Assembly: GCA_963713825.1 (NCBI GenBank)
Contig: CAVQNG010000003.1
Location: 1,088,001-1,152,000 of the forward strand
Reading direction: 5' to 3'
Source of the DNA: an uncultured Acidobacteriota bacterium
GTDB lineage: Bacteria > Acidobacteriota > Thermoanaerobaculia > Multivoradales > JAHEKO01
DNA: 64,000 nt
Shown here: positions 29,544 through 39,484 of the stretch, piece by piece
Position numbering within the stretch: position 1 is the stretch's first letter
How the letters are laid out: every line of letters starts with the position of its first letter
Translations under genes and position numbers: made by a program
Notes under the pieces: model-generated
Database searches by the model: none
What the model saw: the letters and a program-made list of their open reading frames with translations, nothing else
What the model was told of the DNA's origin: nothing

Positions 29544-31580
29544 TCAGGGTGAAGAGCTCTGGACCGAAACCCGCATTTGCTCCAGGTCGATCTCGAGGTT
29601 GTGGCCTTGGAAGGCGACGCTGCCGAAAGGGGGAGAAGGGAAGCGATCGGGAGCTGACAAGACCAATCTGCCATTCAAGAAGACCTGAAAGCTCAAGTGG
29701 TTGTACTGAATCCTCAGACGGTAGCGCTTGCCGATGGCGAGCTTGACCGGTCTGGACTCCCGATCGAGGACCGCTCCGCCTTCTGTTTGCACCAGAGCCA
29801 GGGTTCCCTTGCCGGGTTTGAGGATCACCGCAAGGTGGGTATCAGAATCCTGCTTCCAGGCCTGAACCGAGACCGTTTGACCGGTGCCGCCGCCTCGCGG
29901 ATGGCGTAGCCGCAAGGAGACTGCCACTTCGCCGGCGGTCTCGGGGGGAAGGTGTGAAGTACTGGCGACGAGAAAGCGACCCTTTTCGGTTCTTACCCGG
30001 AGCCCTGCGGGGTTCAGATACCATCTCCCCGCCTCGATGTTCCAATCGGTGGGTGGTGGAAACCCAGCAGCGTCTCGAGCGACAAAGTCCACCGCGTCGA
30101 TGATCGTGCGCTCCGAGTCCTGGGGGCTGATGTGCTCGCTCAGGCGCGCGACGAACCACTGACCATCGTCGTAAGAGAACGGGTGCATCGCTCTGAGGTA
30201 GCGGCCGACCCGTGCCCCTTGTGGAGCTTGGAGATCATTCCAACGGCCCATCATCGAGGAGGCCCCGCTGTCGAGGAGTTGCCTGAGCGAATCCTCTGTC
30301 TCGAAGGCACACCTACGCCCCCAGCCGCTTCGCCGGGCCAGGTAGAGCCATGTGGGGTTGGTCGCATTGCAGGACACGACGACTTCCGATGCCGCAGTGT
30401 TGCTCTTCAGGACCTCTGCAGCTATCGAATCCTGTCTGGCCGGGTACCCGCCGGGGCCGACGCCAGCTTCGTCCTCCAGGTAGCCGGCGTAGCGATACAG
30501 GCCGAGTGCCACGACAGCCAATGCTGAGAGGGTGAGCAGGAGGCGGTTCGATTGCATCCTGCGGTCATAGAGCTTGCCCAGAAAGCCGGCTGCGGGTAGC
30601 AGCAGGGGCAGGCTGTAGTACTCATGGTCGTAGGCACCCTGGTTGGCGATGAGCAGAACGATGACGACGGCCAGAAACCAGACGTCCAGTAGCCTCTCCC
30701 GTCGGGTGGGCCGAGGCAGGAACATCGCCACGATGAGCAGTAGAAAGCCGATCCAGGTGACGAGCCTGCCGGCGATGTGGCCGAAGATCAGGCGGCTGTA
30801 GAAGTGCGGCGATACCAGGAGAGACCAATTGCCCCACTTGTCGCTACCCGCTGTGGTCAAAATGTTGAAGCTGGCTCCATAGGTGACGCCGAGGTCGTGG
30901 GCATACCAATACCAGAGGCCCACGGGAACAGCCACGAGAAGGGCGTGAAGCCAGACTTTCCATTGCAGCAGGACTCGCGGCCCAAATCGTCGCCAGGCGA
31001 GCCAGAGCAGGGGCAATCCGAGATAGAGATTGGTGAGTTTGAGAAGACAGGCCAGGGCCACCGCGACCACCGAAAGCCCGTAGTAAGCCCAGGAGTCCTC
31101 CTCACTCCAGCGTAGAAACCAGTAGAGGCCCGCTGCGGTAGCCGCCAGCATCCAGGACTCGGGCATGATGGCGCGACCGAAATAGAGGCTCAACGGAAGC
31201 AAGGCCAGGAAGAACGCCGACCAAAGGGCAGCCGCTTCACTGACAATGCTGGCGATGATCAGATAAAGGAACAGGATCGCGGTCAGAGAGCCGACGACAG
31301 CCAACAATCGGGCGAGCCACTCCGACTCACCGAGAGCTGCGTAGCCCAGCGAGGTGACCCAGGGGTAGAGCGGAAACTCCATCTCCACATAGCCTGGAAC
31401 AGCCCAATCGATCTGGGGAGAAAGGAGTCGATAGCCGTTCTCGTGGAAGTTGCGGGCCACGCTCGCCGTGTCGCACTGGCGCCAGGCATGGCGTCCAAGA
31501 GGCTCGGAATCGAGATGGATCAGGCGCGGGAGGAGAGCCAGGACCAGGATACCCAGCAAGAATCGATGCTTTTTGATCAC
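29544..31580 (-). CDS. ArnT/PMT (GT-C fold, GT39/83-like) glycosyltransferase with soluble C-terminal extension
   Basis: HAWRQCDTASVARNF, EFPLY, RAIMPES, many TM helices, followed by about 250 aa of soluble sequence. Confidence 0.82.
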   Translation of the reverse strand: MIKKHRFLLGILVLALLPRLIHLDSEPLGRHAWRQCDTASVARNFHENGYRLLSPQIDWAVPGYVEMEFPLYPWVTSLGYAALGESEWLARLLAVVGSLTAILFLYLIIASIVSEAAALWSAFFLALLPLSLYFGRAIMPESWMLAATAAGLYWFLRWSEEDSWAYYGLSVVAVALACLLKLTNLYLGLPLLWLAWRRFGPRVLLQWKVWLHALLVAVPVGLWYWYAHDLGVTYGASFNILTTAGSDKWGNWSLLVSPHFYSRLIFGHIAGRLVTWIGFLLLIVAMFLPRPTRRERLLDVWFLAVVIVLLIANQGAYDHEYYSLPLLLPAAGFLGKLYDRRMQSNRLLLTLSALAVVALGLYRYAGYLEDEAGVGPGGYPARQDSIAAEVLKSNTAASEVVVSCNATNPTWLYLARRSGWGRRCAFETEDSLRQLLDSGASSMMGRWNDLQAPQGARVGRYLRAMHPFSYDDGQWFVARLSEHISPQDSERTIIDAVDFVARDAAGFPPPTDWNIEAGRWYLNPAGLRVRTEKGRFLVASTSHLPPETAGEVAVSLRLRHPRGGGTGQTVSVQAWKQDSDTHLAVILKPGKGTLALVQTEGGAVLDRESRPVKLAIGKRYRLRIQYNHLSFQVFLNGRLVLSAPDRFPSPPFGSVAFQGHNLEIDLEQMRVSVQSSSP

Positions 31581-31740
31581 GCTTCCCCCAAAAGTCGATC
31601 CGTCAGGTCGGGCTGGGTACCCTGGGCCACTCTATGTTAGTCCACAGTTACCTACTCCACTGGCCTCGGCGTCGCCTCAGGGTAGACTCGGGGCCATAAA
31701 TGCTAAACTCAGCGCCAAGAACCAAGGCGGAGGTGTAGCT

Positions 31741-32304
31741 ATGAAGACTTTCCGACAGACCGTGATCGCATTTACCGTGTTTGCCGCTCTGGCCTTGACG
31801 CCGGCGGTGGCCAGCATCTTTACCGTGCATCTAACCAACGGTGCGTCGTTCGAAACTCGCTATCAACCCAAAGTCCTGCCAGGAGATGGCACCAAGGTTC
31901 TGCTCGTCACCGACGTGGGCAACCGGATCTATCTCCACCGGGATGACATCCGCGAAGTCACCCACTCGTCGGATGTCCAGGGCTTTGGAACGATGATCAA
32001 TACCACCACGATCTCCCTGGGTTGGGCCCCCAATGACAACCCTCTGCCCGGAGATCCGGATCCCAGAGCAGACATGCTGAGCTATCTGCGCGACCAGCAG
32101 AGAGCCAGGCCGGATTACTCCGTGGATCAGTTCGTTTCGTCCGAGGAGGCTGGCATCTCGGGTGGTCTCCCTGCTTGGGATCTCGCTCCGGGCACGCTGG
32201 GTGGTGGGCAGACCAACGTGATCATGCCGCCGCCACCGACTGCAGCTCCCGCGCCCGCCGAGGGCGGGGGTGGCGGACCAGGTCCGAGCGGGTCTGATCA
32301 GTAG
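31741..32304 (+). CDS. Hypothetical secreted protein with Pro/Gly-rich tail
   Basis: GGAGG RBS, signal peptide MKTFRQ...PAVA, coding-like codon usage. Confidence 0.65.
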   Translation: MKTFRQTVIAFTVFAALALTPAVASIFTVHLTNGASFETRYQPKVLPGDGTKVLLVTDVGNRIYLHRDDIREVTHSSDVQGFGTMINTTTISLGWAPNDNPLPGDPDPRADMLSYLRDQQRARPDYSVDQFVSSEEAGISGGLPAWDLAPGTLGGGQTNVIMPPPPTAAPAPAEGGGGGPGPSGSDQ

Positions 32305-32397
32305 TAAATCGCAACAAAAGGTATCTTTTCGGCCGCAGGTGGGTACAATGCCCTCTGCGGCCTTTTCATTGCGCGAAGGCGCTTCTTTGACAACTCA

Positions 32398-32630
32398 GGC
32401 GTGATGGTGACCTCGAGCTATCGGTCAAGTCAGCCGAGCTCGGGTCGAGAGGGAAGCCGGTGAGAAGCCGGCGCGGCCCCCGCCACTGTAACCGGGAACA
32501 AAACCGGGAAGCCACTGCACGGAGCTTTCGATCCGCTGCCGGTCGTCGCGAGACGAATCGAGCACAGGGTCTGCCGTGTGGGAAGGCCCGGGAGTAGGGT
32601 GATCCGGAAGCCAGGAGACCTGCCACCACG
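32398..32630 (+). ncRNA. Cobalamin (AdoCbl) riboswitch
   Basis: AGGGAA-GCCGGTGAGAAGCCGGC-GCGGCCCCCGCCACTGTAA ... AGCCACTG ... GGGAAGG ... B12 box AGCCAGGAGACCTGCC; lies upstream of a TonB receptor. Confidence 0.95.
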
Positions 32631-32720
32631 CCGACGTTCTGCTTTCAGCCAGGTCCAGAGGAGTCTGTGCCGGCTGGTGTTCCCCCGGGGTGAGGGGACG
32701 ACGGCGCATCGAGCCTCCGT

Positions 32721-32757
32721 CGCCCTGCCCTTCCCCAGGGGCAGGGCGTCTTGCATT
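32721..32757 (+). terminator. Hairpin in riboswitch expression platform (terminator or RBS-proximal stem)
   Basis: CGCCCTGCCC...GGGCAGGGCG perfect 10-bp stem followed by TCTTGCATT, 10 nt before the ATG. Confidence 0.5.
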
Positions 32758-32766
32758 AGAGGATGC

Positions 32767-34581
32767 ATGATGCGGAAGTTGCTCGTGCTTTCCGGGATCC
32801 TCGGGGGCGTGGTTCCGGTAGTCGCTCAAACCCCACAACCACAACCAACTCTCTTCGAAGAGGTGATCGTCGTGACCGCCACGCTCGACGGCGAGCAGGA
32901 GAATGTCGTGCCGGCGGCGGTGAGTGTCATCGAAGCAGCCGAGATCGAGGCCAGGCAGTCGACCGAGGTAGCCGATCTGCTAGCCAGTCTGCCGGGGATG
33001 ACCATCGTCCAATCTGGCTCGCCGGGTCAAGTGACGTCGCTGTTCACCCGCGGCACCAACTCCGATCAGACGCTCGTGCTGTGGAACGGGGTCGAATTGA
33101 ACGATCCCTATTTCGGCGGGTTCAATTGGGCCTTTCTGCCCACCGAAGGTGTAGGACGCGTCGAAGCTGTACGCGGACCCTTCAGCTCGCTGTATGGCGG
33201 CGATGCGGTGGGTGGCGCGGTGCAGATTCTCTCTGCTCCACGGGAGGGGGCCGATCTCCAACTGGAAGGGGGCGAGAACGGCTATTTGCGAGGTCAGGTC
33301 AGCGCCTCGGCAAGTCTTGGGTCGACGCGATTCGATGTGGCAGGGCACGTGCGACGAGGCGACGGCCAGATAGACAACGAATTCTTCGATGGCGAAGCCT
33401 TGATGGCAAGGGCCAACTGGGAGATGCAGCCCGGCATGAGCCTTGGCCTGTTGGTGCGAGCAGCGGATGCCGATACGGGAATTCCCTACAGTGGCGGAGC
33501 TCCGTCTCCAGAGCGACGAATTTCTTGGCAGGAACGATTGGTGGCGGTGCCGTTTCGAGCCGAGCTCGGCAGCTGGCAGGTGCAAGCTCAGGTCTCCGGC
33601 TTGACCTATGACAACCAGTTCCGCGACCCGGAGGATGCCTACGGGTTCACGGCCTCCGATACCGACTCGGAGGCGTTGCGAGCGCGGGCCGTGGCGTCGT
33701 ATCGCCTCGAGGGGGGTTCCTGGCTCGCGATTGGCAGCGAATGGGACAAGGCCCAGGTCAGCGACACGTCGACCTTTGGCACCAATCTGGACGGTGAAAG
33801 CCAGAGTACGCGTGCTCTCTTCGGCGAGGTCTTTTACAGACTGGGCAGGGTGACCTTCGACGCGGGCGTCCGGCAAGACGACAACGATGTCTATGGCTCG
33901 AAGACCAGCCCCCGAATGGGCGTTCAATTGGAGGCGACCGACAGCACCCGCCTGCGTGCTTCGTGGGGTCAAGCGTTCAGTCCCCCTTCCATCGGTGAGC
34001 TCTACTTTCCTGTGAGCGGCAATCCAGACCTCGAGCCCGAGACCAGCGAGAGCGTGGAATTGGGCATCGAGCAGAGGGTCGGTGGTTGGGTCCTGGGCCT
34101 GACTGGTTTTCAGAACGAGCTGTCCAACCTCATCGAGTTCGACTTCGCCTCCTACCGGAACGTCAATGTCGGGCGGGCGCGAACCCAGGGTGTCGAGTTG
34201 GAAGCGGGTTTCCTCAAAGGTAGCTGGCGGGTGCGCTGGAACGGGACCTATCTGGAGACCGAAGACCTGGATACCGAGCAGGTGCTGCTGCGTCGCCCGA
34301 GCGAGAGCTCCAATCTGGTCGTGGCCTACGCGCCCGAGAATTGGTCCACCAGCTTGACCGGGCTCTACGTCGGAGACAGGGAAGATGTCGATCCGATCAC
34401 GTTTCAACGCACAGTCAACGAGGCTTACTTCCGTCTCGATGTGGCGGCCCGGTGGCGGCCCGGGACTCGACTCGCTCCCTACGCCCGAATCGAGAATCTA
34501 CTGGGCGAGGACTATCAGCCGGCGCTCGGCTTCCCGGCGCCTGGGCGGACTTTTGTCGTCGGAATAGCGACAAGACTATGA
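32767..34581 (+). CDS. btuB: TonB-dependent cobalamin receptor
   Basis: TonB box EVIVVTAT, plug TRGTNSDQTLVL.NGV, RVEAVRGP.SSLYG.DA.GG, GNPDLEPE; under a B12 riboswitch. Confidence 0.88.
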   Translation: MMRKLLVLSGILGGVVPVVAQTPQPQPTLFEEVIVVTATLDGEQENVVPAAVSVIEAAEIEARQSTEVADLLASLPGMTIVQSGSPGQVTSLFTRGTNSDQTLVLWNGVELNDPYFGGFNWAFLPTEGVGRVEAVRGPFSSLYGGDAVGGAVQILSAPREGADLQLEGGENGYLRGQVSASASLGSTRFDVAGHVRRGDGQIDNEFFDGEALMARANWEMQPGMSLGLLVRAADADTGIPYSGGAPSPERRISWQERLVAVPFRAELGSWQVQAQVSGLTYDNQFRDPEDAYGFTASDTDSEALRARAVASYRLEGGSWLAIGSEWDKAQVSDTSTFGTNLDGESQSTRALFGEVFYRLGRVTFDAGVRQDDNDVYGSKTSPRMGVQLEATDSTRLRASWGQAFSPPSIGELYFPVSGNPDLEPETSESVELGIEQRVGGWVLGLTGFQNELSNLIEFDFASYRNVNVGRARTQGVELEAGFLKGSWRVRWNGTYLETEDLDTEQVLLRRPSESSNLVVAYAPENWSTSLTGLYVGDREDVDPITFQRTVNEAYFRLDVAARWRPGTRLAPYARIENLLGEDYQPALGFPAPGRTFVVGIATRL

Positions 34582-35456
34582 TGAGCCGATCTTCCGTAGG
34601 TAACGCCTTGTTGAGTGTGGTGAGCTCGATTCTTGTGCTCTTCGTTCTGGCCTGTGGGCGCGAGGAGAGTGTCCCGGAGCCGTCTCAGGCCGCGCGGATC
34701 ATCGCCTTGGCACCCGGCATAACGGAGACTCTGTACGAGTTGGGGCTCGAAGACCGAGTCGTCGGAGTTGGCGACTACAGCTCATGGCCACCCGAAGTGG
34801 GGCAGAAGCCGAAGCTCGGCGGCCTCTTCGATGCCCGACTGGAGACCATCACGGCGCTGCAGCCGGATCTGGCGATCCTCCTGCCAAGCGAGGAGAAGCT
34901 CCGGGTACAGCTCGAACGCCTGGGTGTGGAGGTGCTGACCGTGCGCAGTGAAACCCTGGCCGAGGTGGAGTCGATGATCGGCACCATCGCGGCGCGCTGT
35001 GGGGTCGTCGAGCAGGGAATCGCGGCCCAAGAGAGATGGCGACAGGGTCTTACTTCCGATCCCATTCCGGGGAGTCCGAAGATCTTGCTGTCGGTGGGTC
35101 GGGACCGCGGCAGGATGGCCGACGTCCTGGTCAGCGGCCCCGGCACCCACCTGGATGAGCTGCTTGGACTGCTGGGAGTCGTCAATGCCTTCGCCGATGC
35201 CCCGATGGACTATCCGCAGGTGGGTCTCGAAGAGATCCTGCAGCGCCAGGCGGATGTCGTCATCGACCTGCAGCCGTCGCCGGGCTCCTACGAAGAGCTC
35301 ACCCTGGATTGGCAAGATCTGCAGAGCCGGACCGAGATGGCTCCAGCGTGCGCACGCGTCGTGGCGGGAGACCATGTCCTGGTGCCCGGGCCACGGCTCC
35401 CGAGGCTGTATCAGGAGCTGCGCGAGGCCATTCTGTCCTGTGGTGAACAGCCGTGA
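34578..35456 (+). CDS. btuF: Cobalamin ABC transporter substrate-binding lipoprotein
   Basis: Lipobox VLAC, RIIALAPGITETLYELG...VVGV, PGPRL; operon context. Confidence 0.8.
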   Translation: MMSRSSVGNALLSVVSSILVLFVLACGREESVPEPSQAARIIALAPGITETLYELGLEDRVVGVGDYSSWPPEVGQKPKLGGLFDARLETITALQPDLAILLPSEEKLRVQLERLGVEVLTVRSETLAEVESMIGTIAARCGVVEQGIAAQERWRQGLTSDPIPGSPKILLSVGRDRGRMADVLVSGPGTHLDELLGLLGVVNAFADAPMDYPQVGLEEILQRQADVVIDLQPSPGSYEELTLDWQDLQSRTEMAPACARVVAGDHVLVPGPRLPRLYQELREAILSCGEQP

Positions 35457-36241
35457 CAGACAGGGCGCTACTGACGGCCCGTGGCCTCGGCTGGAAGGTC
35501 GACGGCCACTCGATTCTCGAGGGCCTGGACCAGAGTGTCGTCGCGGGCGAGTGTTTGGCTGTCGTCGGACCCAACGGCGCCGGGAAGACCACACTGTTGC
35601 GTCTGTTGGTCGGTTTGCTCGAACCCTCGAGCGGGTCACTGGCCTGGGGAGGGATACCCTACTCGGACCTTTCCCGCCGCGAGCTCGCGCAGCGGATTGC
35701 CTACGTCCCCCAGAGTCATCCACTGAGGATTCCCCTGACGGTGGAACAGATGGTGCTCCTAGGACGATATCCGTATCTGTCGGCCTTGAGAATCGCACCT
35801 CGTGAGGGGGACTATGAGGCGGTGGGCAGGGCGCTCGAGCTGGCGGGGATCGAAACGCTTCGTCAGCGTCCATTGGCAGAGCTCTCGGGCGGCGAGCGGC
35901 AGTCGGTGTACATCGCCTCCGCTTTGGCACAGGAAGCGGAGCTCATGGTCCTCGATGAGCCGACGACCCACCTGGATCCCCTCCACCAGCGAGAGATTGC
36001 TGCGCTGCTGGGCCGGCTCAACCAGCAGGCCGGTTTGAGTGTAGTCGTGGCAACCCACGATCTGAATTTCGCCTCGCTCCTCGCCAATCGCATCCTGGCC
36101 CTGCGAGACGGGGCCGCGGTGGCCTGTGAGACGCCGGCCGAGATGCTGCGCGCCGCCAGACTGACTGAGGTCTTCGGCGCGCCGTTCTCTGTGGTCCGTG
36201 GAGGAGAGCGGCCTCTGACCCTTCTGGAGTGGGAGTCGTGA
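35453..36241 (+). CDS. btuD: Cobalamin/iron-chelate ABC transporter ATPase
   Basis: GPNGAGKT, LSGGERQ, LDEPTTHLD, HDLN. Confidence 0.85.
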   Translation: MTDRALLTARGLGWKVDGHSILEGLDQSVVAGECLAVVGPNGAGKTTLLRLLVGLLEPSSGSLAWGGIPYSDLSRRELAQRIAYVPQSHPLRIPLTVEQMVLLGRYPYLSALRIAPREGDYEAVGRALELAGIETLRQRPLAELSGGERQSVYIASALAQEAELMVLDEPTTHLDPLHQREIAALLGRLNQQAGLSVVVATHDLNFASLLANRILALRDGAAVACETPAEMLRAARLTEVFGAPFSVVRGGERPLTLLEWES

Positions 36242-37212
36242 AGTCGCGCCAGGTGCTGCTGGCGCTGACTGTCCTCTGGTTGGCGACGCTAGTGGCTGCG
36301 CCGTTGCTGGGCAGCCGGATTCTGACCTTGGGAGACCTGCTCTCGGGAGACCCGACCGTCGGCACGATCTTCTGGAGCCTGCGGGTACCTCGGGTGTTGC
36401 TCGCCATGCTGGCGGGAGGCGCCCTCGCGATCTCAGGCCTTGCTCTGCAAACCCTGTTTCGCAATCCGCTTGCCGAGCCCTACACCTTGGGCATCGCGGG
36501 CGGCGCGGCCCTGGGTGCGGTCCTGGCGCTGCAGATCGACGGATTCGGGCAGGCGCTGGGATTTCCTGCCGTGGCGGTCGCGAGCTTTGTTGGTGCACTG
36601 GCTGTCTCGGCGGCGATTCTCGGCCTGGCAATGAGTGGCTACACGAGGGAGACCTCCACGCTGCTGCTCGCCGGCATTGCCATCTCCTTGTCCTGCTCGG
36701 CCCTGGTGTTGTTTGTCCAGTACCTGGCCGATTTCACCAAGACCTTCCGAATGGTGCGATGGATGATGGGGGGTCTGTCGGTGGTGGGCTATGGCGAAGT
36801 GCTCTGGCTGCTCCCATGGACGATCCTGGGTCTGGTGACCCTGTTGTTGTTGCGGTGGGACTTGAACCTGCTGCTCACGGGCGAAGAGTTGGCGGTAAGC
36901 CGAGGCGTCGATCTCAAGAGGCTGAGAATCGTGGTGCTGGGAGTTACCTCGGCGATGGTCGGCGCGCTGGTCGCGGTAGCGGGGCCGATCGGCTTCGTCG
37001 GTCTCATCGTGCCCCACATCCTGCGTCGCTGGGTGGGGCCGGATCACTTGGTCTTGATTCCGGCTTGCCTCTTGGGAGGAGGAGCATTCCTCGCCATCTG
37101 TGACCTGGGGGCTCGCACCATCATGGCCCCGGCCGAGCTTCCCGTCGGTGTGCTGACCGCACTGCTCGGTGGCCCGTTCTTTCTGTGGCTGCTCATCGCC
37201 GGACGGCGATGA
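36238..37212 (+). CDS. btuC: Cobalamin ABC transporter permease (FecCD family)
   Basis: LRVPR, Q.LFRNPLAEPYTLG, GPIGFVGLIVPH, LPVG..TALLGGPFFL. Confidence 0.88.
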   Translation: MKSRQVLLALTVLWLATLVAAPLLGSRILTLGDLLSGDPTVGTIFWSLRVPRVLLAMLAGGALAISGLALQTLFRNPLAEPYTLGIAGGAALGAVLALQIDGFGQALGFPAVAVASFVGALAVSAAILGLAMSGYTRETSTLLLAGIAISLSCSALVLFVQYLADFTKTFRMVRWMMGGLSVVGYGEVLWLLPWTILGLVTLLLLRWDLNLLLTGEELAVSRGVDLKRLRIVVLGVTSAMVGALVAVAGPIGFVGLIVPHILRRWVGPDHLVLIPACLLGGGAFLAICDLGARTIMAPAELPVGVLTALLGGPFFLWLLIAGRR

Positions 37213-37219
37213 GCAGCCA

Positions 37220-37660
37220 GGGTTGAGGCGCCCGGACTTCGTCCGGCCGATCCTTGAGGGCTTGAGGCTGAGGCGTCCGGCTCTCCGCCAGACGTTCTTT
37301 GGGGGCTTGGGGATTGAGACGGCCGATCGACCCAGGGATCTCCCTCGTCTGCGGCCTCACCCGACCATGCCCCTCCGACGAGGGAGACCCATGGTCCGAT
37401 CTACCACCTTCGAGACACAGCAAGAATGGGAGTGCTAGCTCGCCCCCTACGCCCCTAAGCCCTTGTTACCTTCATCGGTGCTAGAGGTTCGTTCGGGTGG
37501 TTCGACAGGGGGCGCCGAGTCGAGCGCAGCGCAAGGTCCTTGATAGGGCACTGGAGATGGGGCGCGATGATGAGACGAGGTGGCGGCCTGCCCGTCGAAG
37601 TTTGAGTAGCCGTCGCCGTCCGCCTGCGGACCACCCGGACGGACCTCCGCAAGGTGATGG
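37220..37660. repeat. Composite intergenic repeat A: module X (37220-37316), module Y hairpin (37314-37401), octamer repeats (37442-37463), module Z (37484-37647)
   Basis: Y and Z match 48031-48332 in direct orientation; X matches 48355-48453 as reverse complement. Confidence 0.85.
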
Positions 37661-37723
37661 TCAGATGCCCTGGTCCAGCAAGTGGCGGAACTGGCGGCCG
37701 AGGTACTCGGATAAAATCGACGC

Positions 37724-38497
37724 ATGTTGCTCTACCGAGTCGGCCCCGAGGGTTACTACGCTGTGGCTACGGACGAGGGTGCGCTCAGAGTCCTCTACTC
37801 GGATCCCTACGAGGTCGATCCGGCCGAGTGGGAGGTGGGCCGGAAGCTCGAGGTCGATCCGACAGGGCTGCTGGCGCCGGTCGTACCGAGCAAGGTCCTG
37901 GGAATCGGTAGAAACTACGTTCAACACGCCAAGGAGCTCGGAAATCCTGTCCCCGACGAGCCGCTCCTGTTCCTGAAAGCGCCGTCGTCACTGATCGGGC
38001 CGGGTGCTGCAGTGATCCTGCCTCCGGAGAGTGAGCGGGTAGAGTTCGAAGGCGAAATTGCTGTCGTGCTGAGGCAGCGGCTCTGCAGGGCATCTGCCGA
38101 CGAGGCTCGCGCGGCGATTCTGGGGGTGACCTGCGCCTGTGACGTCACGGCTCGGGACCTCCAGCGCCGGGACGCCACTTTTGCCAGGGGCAAGTCCTTC
38201 GACACCTTCTGCCCCATCGGGCCGGCCTTGATGCTGGATCCCGACCTGGAGGACCTGGCCGTCGAGACCCGGGTCAACGGTGAAGTTCGACAGCAGGGGA
38301 GCACGACCGAAATGATCTGGGGCGTCGTGGAGCTGCTGGTCTACGCTTCGCAAATGATGACCCTGGAAGCTGGCGACGTCATTCTCACCGGGACGCCCGA
38401 AGGAGTTGGGCCGCTCGCTCCCGGTGACCGTCTGGCGGTCGAAGTCAGTGGGGTGGGTGTCCTCGAGAACCGGATCGAGGCTTGGAGGCAACCATGA
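37724..38497 (+). CDS. Fumarylacetoacetate hydrolase family protein
   Basis: GIGRNY..HA.ELG, FLKAPSS, EFEGE, DVTARDLQ, GKSFDTFCPIGP, GDVILTGTPEGV. Confidence 0.92.
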   Translation: MLLYRVGPEGYYAVATDEGALRVLYSDPYEVDPAEWEVGRKLEVDPTGLLAPVVPSKVLGIGRNYVQHAKELGNPVPDEPLLFLKAPSSLIGPGAAVILPPESERVEFEGEIAVVLRQRLCRASADEARAAILGVTCACDVTARDLQRRDATFARGKSFDTFCPIGPALMLDPDLEDLAVETRVNGEVRQQGSTTEMIWGVVELLVYASQMMTLEAGDVILTGTPEGVGPLAPGDRLAVEVSGVGVLENRIEAWRQP

Positions 38498-38670
38498 TTC
38501 GGCACTTCGCGATCCCACTGGTGGCTGGCATCGTCGTGATGCTCGGGCTGGTTGTGTGGAGAGGCTTCTTTTGGCAGCATGCCGCCATCATCGGCCTGGC
38601 AGTCGCGGCGCTGGTCTACTCGGCGCGCGGAACGATGCAACGATTGCGTGAGATATATAGGAGGGACTAG
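38494..38670 (+). CDS. Small two-TM hypothetical membrane protein
   Basis: ATGA overlap with the upstream gene, GGAGG RBS, two hydrophobic helices. Confidence 0.6.
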   Translation: MIRHFAIPLVAGIVVMLGLVVWRGFFWQHAAIIGLAVAALVYSARGTMQRLREIYRRD

Positions 38671-38862
38671 CCTCTCAGCCGGCGCCACGGAAACAGGGCG
38701 AGAGCAGCAGCGAGTAGCAGGTACACCGCGCCTCCGAAGCTCCAGCCGGTGAAGAGCAGGATGAGCCAGGCGGAGAGCAGGGCGCTCGAGATCACGGCTC
38801 TGACAGCTGGGGAAGGCACGGCGAATCAGATTAGCACACGGTTTGGATGGAGGAGAGTACCG

Positions 38863-39321
38863 ATGAGGCTGGTTGGAATCATGCTGTTGAGTCTGCTGGC
38901 CGTGGGAGCCTGCGGCAAGGGTAGGTCGTCTGACAGCGGCGAGTCGAAACCGCTGGAAACGGTCGACGTGGATGAGGGGCCCGAAGCGGGCTTGACTACC
39001 GAGAACGACGGTTTTGCTGCTCCTCGGCCAACGCAGGAGATGGCCGGTATCTTGCCCTCGGATTTCCCTTCCGACATACCGGTCTTCTCGCCTTCGAGTC
39101 TGGTGGATTTCGGCAGTCCAGGTGTCGAGCGCTATGTCGAGCTCGACACTCCGGCGCCCATTCAGGGAGTTCGCGCGTCGCTCGAAGCACAGCTGGCCAG
39201 TGCCGGGTGGAGTGGCTCGGGCCCGGGCGAGGAAACTCTGCTCTTCAGCAAAGCCGGTCGCCAGCTGCGGGTGGTTCTCGAGGACCTGTCTGCGGGCACC
39301 CGAATCCGCTATGAGTACTGA
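38863..39321 (+). CDS. Hypothetical lipoprotein
   Basis: GGAGGAG RBS, lipobox VGAC, LPSDFPSDIP motif. Confidence 0.68.
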   Translation: MRLVGIMLLSLLAVGACGKGRSSDSGESKPLETVDVDEGPEAGLTTENDGFAAPRPTQEMAGILPSDFPSDIPVFSPSSLVDFGSPGVERYVELDTPAPIQGVRASLEAQLASAGWSGSGPGEETLLFSKAGRQLRVVLEDLSAGTRIRYEY

Positions 39322-39342
39322 CCTGGAAGAGCCCGGAATCTG

Positions 39343-39372
39343 TTGAAAAGGGAGAGTGGGGATTGCTACACT
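39343..39372 (+). promoter_or_regulatory. Putative sigma70 promoter of atp operon
   Basis: TTGAAA-18nt-TACACT with extended -10 TG; same -10 hexamer as the tRNA promoter. Confidence 0.5.
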
Positions 39373-39484
39373 ACGCCGGCTCCGAGTGGAGCCAGCTCGC
39401 GCCGGGGAGAGGGGTGGATTGCGGACCGTTTCGAGCTGCTGATTCCTTGACAGAGCAGTCGGTCCTTCAAGAGTTCCGGAGCCC

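Noticed and set aside
32980-34407. Long antisense ORFs (also 25438-26619, 45693-46895, 49617-50987, 5653-6888 and similar)
   Set aside because: Shadow or alternative frames of well-supported genes in GC-rich DNA, with no recognisable motifs.
37447-37976. ORFs across the repeat regions (also 48031-48499) as transposase or toxin genes
   Set aside because: Frames and stops are not conserved between copies; the similarity only reflects the DNA repeat.
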